DNA from: Dimorphilus gyrociliatus
Taxonomy: Eukaryota > Animalia > Annelida
DNA: 64,000 bases
Assembly (NCBI GenBank): GCA_904063045.1
Contig: CAJFCJ010000022.1
Coordinates: forward strand, 310,001-374,000
Reading direction: 5' to 3'
Shown here: piece after piece, positions 38,187 to 51,300 of the stretch
Position numbering within the stretch: position 1 is the first letter of the stretch
Layout: each line of letters opens with the position of its first letter
Position numbers and translations under genes: made by a program
The notes under the pieces: generated by a model
Told to the model about the DNA's origin: nothing
The model's database searches: none
Seen by the model: only the letters and a program-made list of their open reading frames with translations

Positions 38187-39299
38187 TTGTTTATTAGTTA
38201 TTAAGTATCATTACTATAAGTCATTTGTTTGAATGCTTTTGTTATTCTATTGTAATATCTATAATAAATTTTCTAATTAACAAGGATTTTAGCAAATTAT
38301 TATATTGTACTAATTAAAATACGATATCCCTTTGAAAAACTATATTTTCTTTACAAAGTAATTAGTATAGGCCTACTTTTAATATTTCTAATAATTTTTG
38401 TCTATATTTTTCCTTTTTTTCCTTGCAGTTTGTAGCTAGCATAAAAGTACAAAGCTTTGCAAAATATAATAAGAGTTATGGTGAACTTGTAAAAAAAATA
38501 TAATCAATTATTTATATTTGAATAGTGCAGTAAACAATTAGCAAACAAAAGCTGAGCACTTTATAAGAAAATCTCCTTGTATTATGTTTTATCTAACGCA
38601 TAATTTTTTCAAAATTATTTAAATGTTGAGAGAGAGCAAGAGAGAGAGAGAGAGAGAGACTGAAAGGGATATAAATAGTGCATATATACTGTATACAATC
38701 ATATGCGAATGAGAATGGAACGGAAAAGAGTAAAAGAAAGACAAATATCTAAAAAAAAATAGCATATACAATATATACATGTGTATTTATTTAGTAAATA
38801 TAAAAGTATGAACAGTATTTTATATCTTCTATAAAGCATTTTCTTATCCTTATAGTCTTTTCATTCATTTATAGTTAAATACATTTTTTATGTATTATTT
38901 TAATAAAAAAAACGAGTATTCTTAATAAATTCTCTATCATTGCAGATCATAGATTTTCTAATACTAATTATATTAATATTCTTGATGGAACAGTAAACAA
39001 AAAATAAAGGGCAGTTTAAAAGTTGAGAAAAGAGTAACAAGCTTTTCCTTATGGTCTATAACAATAGTAGTAGTTATAGTAATATTTATAAACTAGGTAT
39101 AGTTTTTAAGTCTGACATTTACCGAAGGTATAAAATCGATTGATAAATTTATTAGTGTCTATGATACCATATAGACTTCTTGAGGTTATAAAAAGAATTG
39201 AGGTGCTGCGTGGAGAATGTGATTTTTTTTAAATATTTCTCTATATTATCTTTTATTTGAATAATGTAACTTTCATTTTCATATTCGCCATTTGTAAAA

Positions 39300-41072
39300 T
39301 TATATGTGACTATTCCTGCTGTAAGGCGGGGGAGGAGAATCGCGTTCACTTCCTGCTATTATGTTTCTGGGCTGAATTTCAACGTCAGGCAGGTTTGACG
39401 TCCTATCAATGTCATATCTTGAGCTTATCTGTGCTAATCTATCATCATCTCTTCTCTCTGATTGATCTCCTGCCGAAATATTAAGCCTATTATCATCCGG
39501 TGTCGATGATCTCGAGTCAAAAGCAGTCGAATGCAACTCTGCTATTGACTGCTCGTAAGAGGGAGGTGGTGCAATTGAGTCTTCATACTTCGGAGGGGCC
39601 ATAACAACTGCGTTAGATATAGCAAATAATGAAGATTCTGAGAAATGAATTAATGGAGGTTGCGATGAACTTGAAGGTAGAGATAATCGACTTTGAGTTC
39701 TAACAGCTCTTCTCCTAACTCTTGGAGTTGCTAAAGTCTTGTAATAGTGAAATACTATGCGAGATAAGTGGCCAAGCAAAAATACCGTGCAGATGAATAA
39801 GAATAACGCTAACGTGTTTGTCCTATCAAAGCCCTGAAATGAAAAATAAAAGAGAAAATCAAAGAGATGTCCGAATTCTATTGGAATTTCCTAATCGTAG
39901 TACTTTTAAGTATATTTATTATTGAATCTCAAGTTAAAAATAGTAGCATTTTTGTAGATGAGACATAAATTCACCTAATTGATTATTTTCGTTGAAAAGT
40001 ATCTAAAAAAAGAAGAAATCTATGAAAAATTAGAATTAAAATAGATGGAAAAAACGGAATTTTCACTCTTTTTATAATCATCTTTCTTTCTGTATCTCAC
40101 TTCTTTTCACACAGTTAAATAAATTAGTCTTCGGCAGATTTTCCCTTTTGCAAGAGTAAATATGAAAGCATTAAACAAAAGTCTTAATAAAAAACATTAT
40201 AGGAGAAAAGTTCCCTTTCTTTTATTTCTATCTATAGTGTTTTTGGGAGTTTGAGGGGCTTTTCCTACATCAAATAGAAATACGAAGACGACTCTCCACA
40301 AACCTATAATCTATATTCTTATATATATAACAGAATGGATATTACTTTTATTAAAGACTTATCAATAGTTAATTCAATGGGTTATTTAATTTAGCGGATA
40401 AATTAAATGTTATACATAAAATAAATATCTTTAAAGTGTTTGCTAATAATAAATTTATTAGTTATTTAGTTATACTATGCATTTAGTGTGAATTTAATTT
40501 ATAACTACTTAATTTCTCTATCATTCATATTATAACTGTTATATATATGGGTTTTAGAAAAGACTTACTATAAATTTGCAGTCTATCATGAACGTTGAAG
40601 CGGTTAGTACATGCAAAGGCCATAAACTTATTAACCAATACAAAAATAACACTCTGTTCTTTTCCTGAACTCCTTTTATAAGGACAGCAGCTGCTAAAAT
40701 AACCACCGCACACATACATAGAACTGATATGAAAAGGGATCTTTCCAATTCCGCTGTATACAAGTGTTGTTCAACAGCTGTTTGACTCGGTAGAGGACTG
40801 TTCCTCAAACCAATTAGCTTTGTTTTTTCCACATCTGATTTGAAGGCTTGGTATCTTTTTTGAAAAGTTCTTATATCGTAAAGAATATATGCCGAATATC
40901 CAGATAATAGAGAGCATGTAAAGAAGGTTGATGCAGCCGCTACATAGCAGCTATTTCGACTATTCCAACAGAGAAATCCACTTGGATGAAATCTGAAACA
41001 AGACTTATCTCTTGATAATATTCGCCTAGTTCTTTGAACATGAGTTGAGGATAGCCAATATGATTGAGACAT
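39300..41072 (-). CDS. Four-pass LAPTM-like membrane protein with PY-motif tail
   Basis: Two exons, 41072-40569 (ATG to GTAAGT donor, phase 0) and 39833-39300 (after a tttcag acceptor). Four hydrophobic segments, a LAPTM-like LIKGVQEKNRVLFLYWL, and a disordered tail with PPKY, PPSY and PPPY. Confidence 0.85.
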
Positions 41073-42114
41073 ATTTGCTGTAAAATTTTTTGCTGTCTGC
41101 TCCAAGTGCTACATAATGTACTGTATTTTGCACACCCGTATCGATTCCAACACCGTTTACCTTGTCGACGAAGGCGCCGCCAATATTTGTAGCTATGACA
41201 ACAGCAGGTAGGTAACAATCAGACTCTATCACATAAAAATGTTTATTTACTATATTTAGTTATAAAAATTAATTTTGTCAAAAATAGAAGAGAATTCTAT
41301 GCAAAACATAGTTTTGTGTTTAATAAGGATGACAGTAAAAAAAAGCATCCAAGCCAGAAATTTCATTTCGTTTCTTCAATATTGATAAACATTTTGAATA
41401 AATTATAAAAATTGATGAAAAAATAACAAACTTTGACTATTTCAACAGAAAATTATGAAAATTGAATGCTTCGAGGTCATTAAGTCAATATATAACAAAT
41501 AATTAATACGCCTATTACTTAGCCTCAATAGAGTATAGATTCTATTAATTGATAGATGTATGCGAGTATTATGCTAATATGTACATTGCTCAATAATTCT
41601 CTTTTTCTCTTAGGTTTTTTTAAAGACTACAGAAGATAAGAGAGAAGATGAAAAAAGGAGATAAAAAAAATATTTTGATAATTGTTTTAAAAGTAATTAT
41701 TTTTATCGATTTTGAATATCAAATGAAAGATGGAAGGAATTTACTGACTAAGCTATAATAATATTAAAAATATATATATATCTGAGAGGTAAAGTCTGCG
41801 GAGAAGGTCCGTAGAGTCGCGTTTAGAAAAGTGAGAATTTAAATTATTCATTACATTCTTACGTAAACTCTCTAGCCATTTCTTTTGGAAGATAAATTAA
41901 ACGATTACAATATATACTAGTATATACAATTTCAACAATTATGTACTTATAACTACGTATATGTACTTTTAACGTACAGTCTTTCAACTGTTCAATCGAA
42001 AGAATAAATTAATTTCCATAGTTTTCTCAATGTTCAATTGAGAAAATTGAAAGAATTCATTTATTTATGCAAAGAAACATTTAAAAATAGAGAAGAAAGA
42101 TAGATTTTAAAAGA

Positions 42115-42449
42115 TTAATTAAGAAATACAAATGCTGATCTCTTCAATCGCCACGGAGTAGGAGCGCATACCTTCCAAATACATATATTTAATGATGATC
42201 TTTCTATTGGTTTTTTCTTAAAGTTTTCTTTCCAGCCTTTTATTGCTTCTTCATATGAAATTTTCTTTTCTACTAACTTTAAAGTAAAATTTGTTCTATT
42301 AGATTAACTAAAGAGGATATTATTTCAATAAAAGTCTCATATACCTGCTGAAAAGAAGTTTTATCCATTAAATTGGTAATTGGTATAGTTGATATAACAG
42401 TTACAGCTAGAAGAAGCACAAGCCCGAAAAGTCTACTTCTATGGTTCAT
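42115..42449 (-). CDS. Urotensin II/somatostatin-like (CxWKxC) neuropeptide precursor, 88 aa
   Basis: Exon 1 42449-42345 (35 codons, signal peptide MNHRSRLFGLVLLLAVTVIST, CAG/GTATAT donor); 68-nt intron; exon 2 42276-42115 (tttaaag acceptor, phase 0) encoding ...KKKPIER-SSLNICIWKVCAPTPWRL-KR-SAFVFLN*. A further AG acceptor lies 6 nt upstream of the ATG. Confidence 0.88.
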
Positions 42450-44377
42450 ACTGGACTGCAATGAAAGAATTTTTGCATGCCATATCTATTGTTATATTTT
42501 CGATACTTTATATGAAACTGAAGAGAATATTTGACAGCTTGAGTCGACGCATGCAAGCGTACCAGTTAACATGAAAGATATATAAACTGTCTAATTCGTG
42601 TCTATAATTGTTTGGTTTGTAGCCGATATTCTTGTTTTGCAGTTATCAGCATTTTTTATTACTATTATCTTAATAAACACTCACATCCCATGAACATAGC
42701 TACAGGTTTAAAATCTAGATTTATTATTACCGCCATATTTTTGAAACATTATGACACATTTTATGAAATACAAAACTGGTAGTGGCTAATATTCTAATAG
42801 AATTAAGCATATCTTTTCCAGTAAAATTTAAATATAGCTGATCTTTACCAAGAAAGCAGAATTAACAAGATAAAAATACATTAAATTCCTTGTGAGAAAA
42901 GTAATAGTTCTTTTCTTTCTATGCTATTAAAATGTAACGGAAGAGTTTCACCTTATTACTAAATGTTAATACGAATGTATAAAGTATGCACGAGAACGTT
43001 ATGAACGAATGTTACTAAGTGTATAGTAGTACACTTGGAATAAAAATATAAACATGTATACTGTTATCAGGACATATAGATATATAGACATATACACATA
43101 CTGCACAATCGTACTATTTATTAATAAAAATAGAATAAAACACGTTCGTTAAATGCTGCAAAACTGTTGTGATTGAAAAATTCTATTATTTCTCCCCCTA
43201 TCTCCCCCTCTCCCCACCCTCAACTCCTACCTTCTCTCTCTACATAAAGTATTTTGCTATCATTTGAATTTATAAATAAATTAATATTACTAAGCACATG
43301 TGACTTATACTTAATATGGAATAAGCGCCTAAAGCATTTTTATGAAAAGAAACCGGTATAATCAATTTTTGGGTAAATGGACTTTTGCCGTGACTTTGTC
43401 ATTAGTTTGCCCAAAAAAAAATTTAAAGCTTGTGGTTAAAGTCCTCGCGAAAAAATGTGTAAAAATCTGATGCCTTTTTATTCTATTTCTATATTTTGAT
43501 TCCATTTTAGATTTCAAAGAAATGTATTCTATAAAATAAAATGTAAAGAACTGATAATGCAAAGCTATTCGATGAGAAAAGCAAAGGAAATCAGTCGAAT
43601 GTGCAAGCAAATAGTGAGTCTATTTACCAAGGAAAAGAATACTAGAGGGTCTTAGGCCAGAGTAATAAAATACAAAGCTGCAGTAGCGTTAGAAAGAGGC
43701 AAAGAGACAAAAACCATAAAGCAAATAGATAAAATAGTGATATAGGAGGTATTGGGAGGTATTCTTACAAACTACTCCATATTCAACAAAGCAGAATAAA
43801 TAGTGGATTTACCGTCTGGTTTCGCTACTGATTTAATGGTAGGACAAGTGAAAATTTAAAGTTTTAAGATTAAAGCTCTAAACTTCAATAGACATATACA
43901 AATTAGATAAAATAATTTTGGCTTATTTCCACTGTAATCAATCAACAGTAGTTACTTTGCCTAATTCTTAGAGTATATCCAACTGCAAAGCTTCTATTTT
44001 CCTATTATCTTTTATAATGAGTGATGGACAAGGAGGTTTTAGTAATGATTTTTTTAGAGGAAAAACGTTCTTTTGGGTATAAAAAAAAAGGTTATCCTTA
44101 ACTAATTAATCAATCTTTCTTTGACGCATTGCGAATCATTTGTCATCCCCTTTGCTACCGAAATAAAGAATCAGTTTCATCTTAAATTTACCACTTTATA
44201 GGAACAAAATAAAAGAAAGTGAAATTGTATTGTCAACACCAAAAAATGTAATTATGGACGCATGTCACATAGCAAGAATCAAGTTAATAAACGCAACTAC
44301 AGCTCCACCTACCGACCGCAAAATTTTCCACTGGCGCCAATTCTATCGATCCACACACGGAGTCGATATGCGAAAAT

Positions 44378-45676
44378 ATGGCGTCTACTGAACCGTCTTC
44401 TAAAATCCTATATACATTGCTTTTTCTTGCCTCATCTGGAGCCAGTATTGGCTATTCAGCCGTATGGAGTGAAGCAGCAATTCTGGCCGAAAGGCTACCG
44501 GAAGGACGTTATGTATCTATATGCCTTTTCATCCTCTTCAACATATCAAATGGTTTAGCTTTGCTTTATTGCCTGATTTCATTGAAAACAAAGTCGGCTT
44601 CAGCTTGTCAACTAATCACATGCTTAGGACTTTCGAGCATTTCGTCAACTGTTCTCGGGTTTTTTTGGAACCAGACTTTAAAAATTCGAGAAACTCAAAT
44701 CTCCTTAACTGCTTGGTGCTGCATTTTAATTATTTTCACCACCGCTTCATTGCACTCTGTAGCTGCTCCGTTATTTTGTTGGCGTTTACGAGCGTCGAAT
44801 TCGATAACTGCTGTATTGGCTGGCGAATGGTTCGGTTTAGTTATTGGTCACGTGATGATAATAGGACAGAAAATTGAAAAATGTGGACAGAAGCAGAAGG
44901 AAATCGTTAAGCTTAATTCAACATTGTTGAAAGACTCTCGCACGGACACACTGAGATTTAACGTTAACCTTTATATGTTCTTAACCGCTGCACTAACTGT
45001 AGTTGGCGGAATCGCAATAATATTGGCAACAAATTTGAAATGCTTATCAAAGTATTACGAGGATAACAGAAGAGAAAGCGTGCTTATTTTAGATGATGAT
45101 AGTATCCGACATACAACGCCTAGAAAGCAAAAGAAGCCAAGAGAGACGCCAAAACTTCTCTTATTATTAATTATATCCTTTTGGTCAAAATTTGTTAATG
45201 ATGGACCATTGTCATCAGTTCTTTCTCCTGCTTCATGCCCCTATTTATTTTTTTCTACAAAGACTCTTATCGTTGGAACTATAGGTTCCCCCTCTGCCTG
45301 CTTTTTAGCCATGCTTTTACTCCGTCTACTGCCACCACGTTCAAAAATGGCGTCTTTTATTTCTTTACCCTGCTTGGGAACTATACTATTGGCTTATTTT
45401 GTCGCTCTAGCCGCATTTTCATCCAGGAGTGCAGTAGATTCGGCATTATTTACAGGGAGTGGACAAATTTTAACAAGTGTTGCATGGGCCACAGTAGCTT
45501 GCTTGTTGGAATACGGCAGAGGAGGAGTGTTTCTATTTTGTAGAAAACTAAGCATGAAATATTTAATATTTGTCGTTCTAGCAAGTTTATTGGGAAGAAT
45601 AATGGGTTCTTACAGTTTCCTGGAAGATTTTACAGTCTGTAGATTATACAATACGAATAAAAAGGCTCTTTGTTAA
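44378..45676 (+). CDS. SLC52A: SLC52 (riboflavin transporter)-like multipass protein, divergent, intronless
   Basis: About 11 hydrophobic segments. Matches to remembered SLC52 motifs: AVWSEAAILAERLPEG (cf. GIWVELPLLVKELPEG), DGPLSSVLSPASCPY (cf. NGVLPAVQSFSCLPY) and GSPSACFLAM (cf. ANPLACFLAM). Confidence 0.8.
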   Translation: MASTEPSSKILYTLLFLASSGASIGYSAVWSEAAILAERLPEGRYVSICLFILFNISNGLALLYCLISLKTKSASACQLITCLGLSSISSTVLGFFWNQTLKIRETQISLTAWCCILIIFTTASLHSVAAPLFCWRLRASNSITAVLAGEWFGLVIGHVMIIGQKIEKCGQKQKEIVKLNSTLLKDSRTDTLRFNVNLYMFLTAALTVVGGIAIILATNLKCLSKYYEDNRRESVLILDDDSIRHTTPRKQKKPRETPKLLLLLIISFWSKFVNDGPLSSVLSPASCPYLFFSTKTLIVGTIGSPSACFLAMLLLRLLPPRSKMASFISLPCLGTILLAYFVALAAFSSRSAVDSALFTGSGQILTSVAWATVACLLEYGRGGVFLFCRKLSMKYLIFVVLASLLGRIMGSYSFLEDFTVCRLYNTNKKALC

Positions 45677-48138
45677 TAATGGTAATGAGAGTTATATTAA
45701 CAAGATGCATTTCAAGATTTTATACCGTCTATATTTATAAGAATATCATAGTAATGATAAAACAGTAAGAAAATAAAGTGAAAACAAAGAGAAAAGAAAG
45801 ATTTGACAATGAATTCTTTTATTAAAAAAGAAAGAAAACTGACATATTTTCATTGTAATGAATAATTAAAAAAGAAAATTAAACATAACAAGAATATTAA
45901 GAAGAGTAAAATAAAAGTTAAATAGATATAACATAAGCATATCTTTTATTTTCAGTTTCTATTTATCCAAATTTTCTCTTTATCTTCTTTTTCTTCCCAA
46001 AACTCTTATGTTAACTGAAAGATTATAAATAATTAAAAAAATTAGCTAGGTATGTTCTGCTTTTTAGACTAGATTTCTAACTGGTCTAATAAACTTGTAG
46101 TTGATATATGATTAATATATTATGGATAAATGCTTTCTTACTCTATACAGTGTATATAGAAGTATATATGTTATAATTTTCGATCATCTTTTTATATAAC
46201 TGTTTGAGTAAAAACGGGTAACATTCCAACAAAACTGTATTTACCACTTATATAAAAATTTGTATATATACCCCATAGATGTATATTTCCCTTTTGCTAT
46301 GATGTAATATATTTATCAAATAAGGCTTATACCTTTACTTGATCTTGTCAAACTAAAGGCTCGCTTCTCAAGCAACAAATTTATCGCTAACTGTTTAGAC
46401 TATTAGCTTAATTATCGTTTTTCTATCCTCATTAGTCTCCCAGTTGGTAAATCTTTATGATTTATTTAGAATCTTTCCATTTTTTATTAATGGGTCGACT
46501 GACCAAAGTCTCCGTAAGGACTTTTAGGCCACCCGAATGTGGGATGATAGTTATTTTTTATTATATACAAATAAGCGGGAGATATAGAGGAGACATTAAG
46601 GTATTATATCTGAAATAAACGATTTACCGTGTCTCCAATTCTGATGTTCTTATTTTATTATACAAAAGCTTCCTTGCAACGAAACATTGAATTTGTGCAT
46701 GTCTGGAAATTATATTTTTCTATGTAATACTTCAGAGCCTTTCTTTCGATGCAACTGTTTTTGTATTTGCCATTTGATCCTCCATAAGGCTTCAACTTGA
46801 CTAAAAATTCTAACTCTATTCGCTATGCAAACAGTAGCTAAGCATCTTTTGAGGATTCTATTCTAATCTACTTCCGGTCCCTTTCCGCCCTAATTCACAA
46901 AGGGTTTAGAAGAGAGAAATTTATTGCAGAGAAGATAGTTATATTCTAGTTCAGTTAAGTTAATTAAAATTTTAGACATACGGTCATTAATGGAAAGAAT
47001 ACACGCATGAAATTTTTTTACTATTCGCAAATGTAACATCCGATATTAAGTGAGGAAAATTCGTTAATTCAACAAGAAAAGGCGATATAATAACGAACAG
47101 CAAATTGCCTGGCTTGAGAAGGCACATTACGAATATAAATAATCTTCACGGTGACGCTAACGAACCAGACAATTCAAATTAAAGTAGAAGATTACAATTG
47201 AAATGGAAATCTCTTTAATTTTAATAGTCGAACGTTATTTTAAAGAAAAGTGGGAACATATCCGTTTGAAGAGGTCATTTTATTATCCTTTTAACTAGCC
47301 ATTTAAAGTACTATGACAATCTAGTATATATAAAAATACCGACAACTCGACCGTTTAGGAGTTTCTATATTTAGAATCAAATAAATAATGTTTACTATAA
47401 CTACTATAAAATTTATAATAAACAATATTTAAATATGTGATGGTTTTGCTTCTCTCTTTATCATCTTGGTAGATAAATAGAATCTCCTATAAATTTGTAC
47501 CATTTCTTCTCTTTTTTGTTTTCTTGTCCTTTTGCAGTCGGTGGATCAATAGCATTTATTCGATATATTGTTTAGCTTGTATGAATATTACATTAGGTCG
47601 AAGGTTAATCATAACATACTGCTATTTTATTAGCCAAAGTGTATATCAAAGCTGTTGGAATATTATATTTTTATTGATCACTTCATAGTTGATTTTTGAG
47701 TTACTCCATCAAATAATAATTTATTATCATTTACAACAGTGATGCTCATGTTAATTATTTATAATACTAAGATAAATGGACGTAAACAGGCTTCTGTTTG
47801 TATTGATACTAATAAAATGGTTGTGAGAAGAGAAACGCACAGTAATGAATCAAATTTGAATATAGGATAATATTTTGGATAAATTAAAAAAAAAAACCAA
47901 TAATAATGAAACAATTTGCAAAGTGTTTCTATTTAACAATAGAAGAACAGATGACGCTTTATCAAAATATAATAGCGTCACCACCTACTGACTAATAATG
48001 TAAAATAAAAATTAACAAACTAACGACATCTAGCCCACTTTCAAGCCGACGAGGCCTTTTCTATCGTCGAAGGATTATTGATCAACCTAGAAAAAAGCTT
48101 GCTAAAGATTTTTGTTTACGTTCTGTTTCGACTATTTT

Positions 48139-48150
48139 TAGATGGCGCTA
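48139..48150 (+). promoter_or_regulatory. AGATGGCG (YY1/Pho-like) motif in the putative AMPK gamma promoter
   Basis: TAGATGGCGCTA about 250 bp upstream of the ATG at 48399, in a locally GC-richer stretch. Confidence 0.4.
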
Positions 48151-48398
48151 GCGTTTCGAAATTCGACCTTGACGAAAATTTTCTAGCATTTATCGAAAAT
48201 TAGAATGACTGGAAAAGTGAAAAAAATCCTTTTTGCTATTAGAAGAAGGTCGAGATCAACATCTCTTCCTACAATACCCGAAACACCTGTGAGTATCAGT
48301 TTATTGTATTTTTCATTATATTTACTCAGAATTGAGTACTGAGTAAGAACGTTACCCATGAAACCGATTACGGGACAAAATTAGTTTAAGAGTGGAGC

Positions 48399-51300
48399 AT
48401 GGCCGGTGTGGAAGTTAGAAAAAGACACCCGGCTGAAGGCGAAAATGAGCCCCAGGACGAGCTACTGAGGGAGAAGGAAGAGAAGAAAGAGAAGAAATTC
48501 TTTGCCGCCTTTTTAAAGTATCCCGTAGATTGGCTTGCGCGGCGCCGTCGTAGGGCGTCCGAGGAACGTAAAAAGAATATAGACGATGATGATAGAACCT
48601 CGGAAGCTAAATTGTGGTATAGGAGGAAATTTTTTGTCGATAGGCCTAGTGCAGAAAATTTAATAGGCTGGATGGACGAAAATGACAGGATAATCATTGG
48701 TGAAGATAGACGGCGTTGTGTTAGTGAAAGTAGTGTGTTGAGCGATGCCCTAGCTAAGGTTGAGGTACAATAGTTTCCATTTTGTTGATATGTATAAGTA
48801 ATAGATACTTATTAAAAAGATTCATGAAATATTCGGTAAAAATATGATAGTTCGTTTTCGTCATTAATATACTGTTTCTCTTTCTCTCTTTCGCGCTCTG
48901 TCTGTCTCTCTCTCTCTCTCTCTTAGTGTCTGTAGTCTACCTACGTTGAGCAAACTATACCTGCTTTTTAAAAGATCTATCAGAATTTGCTACCAATCTA
49001 GGCACCTGTTGAAAATTTTCTGTTCTTTTGACCGTTATGTGTTTTTATCCTTTTGGTAGCATTTAAAAAGAGAACCTATGATTGTTTTTATTTTTATAAT
49101 TCATTCGAGAAGCTTCCATTAAAGACTGTTATTATATGCAATGTATATTAATATATACAGTATATATATATATATATATATATATAGCATACATATATTT
49201 TTACTTTGAAATAGTATAAAAACTTAATGAGACTAGCAAGCAAAACAGCCTATGATCTACATAAAGCATCTTTCATTGTATAAAAAAACAAAGAAATTAT
49301 AGTTAGAAATGTATTATCGAAATTTACTGATTTATTCTTTATTAGGGTTGTTAATTTTATGTTAAGCGAGATTTAAATTAGGCGATTATATTTCTTTTAA
49401 ATTAAATAGATATGTATTTTTAGATCTTAAGTTCCTTAATCAATCGTGAGTAAAGTATGTACACTGCAATGTTTTAATTCGAAGAGGATTGAATAATATC
49501 AGTAGTCTTGGAGGTTTAAGATATATGATAAATGAAATATATAACTATTATAAAGATAGGTTACAATAGGCTAGATAAGCTTTATTGGGGGAGAAGAGAA
49601 CAGTTGGTGGTGAATAATTAATTTAACTCATCGTACTTTCTCTTCTCAATTTGTTAAAGAGGAATCATACATATGAATAATTTAAAACCAAATATACCGC
49701 TCTCGTTTCTTTCTTTTTTTTATTGTAAGCGATTTTGGGTTAAAACAATTTGTGTCTATTTTTCTTCTTCCTCCGTTTAGAATGATTTATAAGGCACTGT
49801 TATTAATTACTTCCGACTTGTACAATATCCTATTGTTCTTGTAAGAAAAGTACCTTCTTCTTTTTGTGCATTGTCTTTTTTTTTTTGCTATTATACTGTA
49901 TAAATTATGAAGAATTAAAGTAAAAGGAAAACAAAAACAACAGAGAATGAATGAATCGTTTCATTTACATTTGTTATAAATATAATTCTATGGTAGAAAT
50001 ATTAATAATTTTTTAAGTTTTTTACTTTTTTTCTTCTCTGCAGCAAGAAAATTTTGATAGGATTAGACTGAAATTGGATATGAATGATGAATTAGTATTT
50101 GTAAAATTTATGAAAGCTCACAAGTGCTATCATGTGATACCAACTAGTTCTAAGTTGATTATAATGGATCTTGAATTAAATGTAAGTACATATTTTGTTG
50201 CATTCTTTGTAGATACATACTGTATATAAATTTATATAGTAGTATATGTACAGTATATGATAAACAAAGTTATTTTAATCATTTGTAATTTATACTATCA
50301 CGTGACTTTCTCGGAAATTGTAATTGCTATGTAAATCGAGATAATTTAAAGACCAAACTTAGCATATGTAAGAAATTTAAGTATTATTACAGCTCTAATA
50401 GACAACACAGACAATTGAGATTAGTACGTGAATATATTTAAATAAATAACAAAAACAGACTCTCTTTACTCTTATTTTTAAGGGAATGTTCATATGATTT
50501 TAAAGAAATATTTTGCACTTGTATGAATAGATTTTTGTTTAATTGATATAATACTGTGTATACTTGATACTATCTATTAAGAAGACAATTTTTAATGAAC
50601 CAGTTTTAGGTTATTAATAAAAAATAACAACATTTGCCAGTTCGCTCATTTTCGCTTTAATTTAATCAGATTAAAATTAATATTGAGTTGAGAATATTTC
50701 ACCGATAGCTAATTTTTTGGAATCTATTTTTATCAAATAACCAGATAACCAAAATCAATATTCATACATATTCATATATATTCATATACTGTATACTATT
50801 TATACATTTATACAGTACATGCTAATATGTAATACGTATGAAGGATATACGAATCTTTCGAGTGTTAATCTTTATAATCAATATATCCCTTTAATTTTTT
50901 ATCATTTGCCACTAATATGTTTACGACAATAAATTTACAAAGGAATATTCAAAACTCTACTACAAAATATTTAATATTTAACACTCTTGAACTGAAATAT
51001 AGAATAACGAAAGTAAAAGATATTAGAGAAATGGGGGAGGAAAAAATTTAGAGAAAGGCTATTGAAATTAATGGATAGGCCATCTAAAGAAATAATAATA
51101 TAGGAGGGATTTATATAGATAAATGCAAGCTATTTGTATTGAGCATTGGTATACCGGGTATGGAGTAGCCTATTCAGCAAAATAAATAAACAAACGAATA
51201 AATATATAAATAATAAATATATGAGAAATACAGTATATACTGTTTTCATTAATTTGTTAAATATGTTAACAATCTACTGTAATTGAATATTTTGTTAAAT

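Noticed and set aside
46480-46830. Cys-rich short frames on both strands (LPCNETLNLC..., PYGGSNGKYKNSC, Kazal-like)
   Set aside because: No signal peptide, incomplete Kazal cysteine spacing and competing frames.
47060-47140. Homeobox/Myb-like snippet KRRYNNEQQIAWLEKAHYEYK
   Set aside because: Only 24 codons between stops, with no helix-3 WFxNRR or other continuation.
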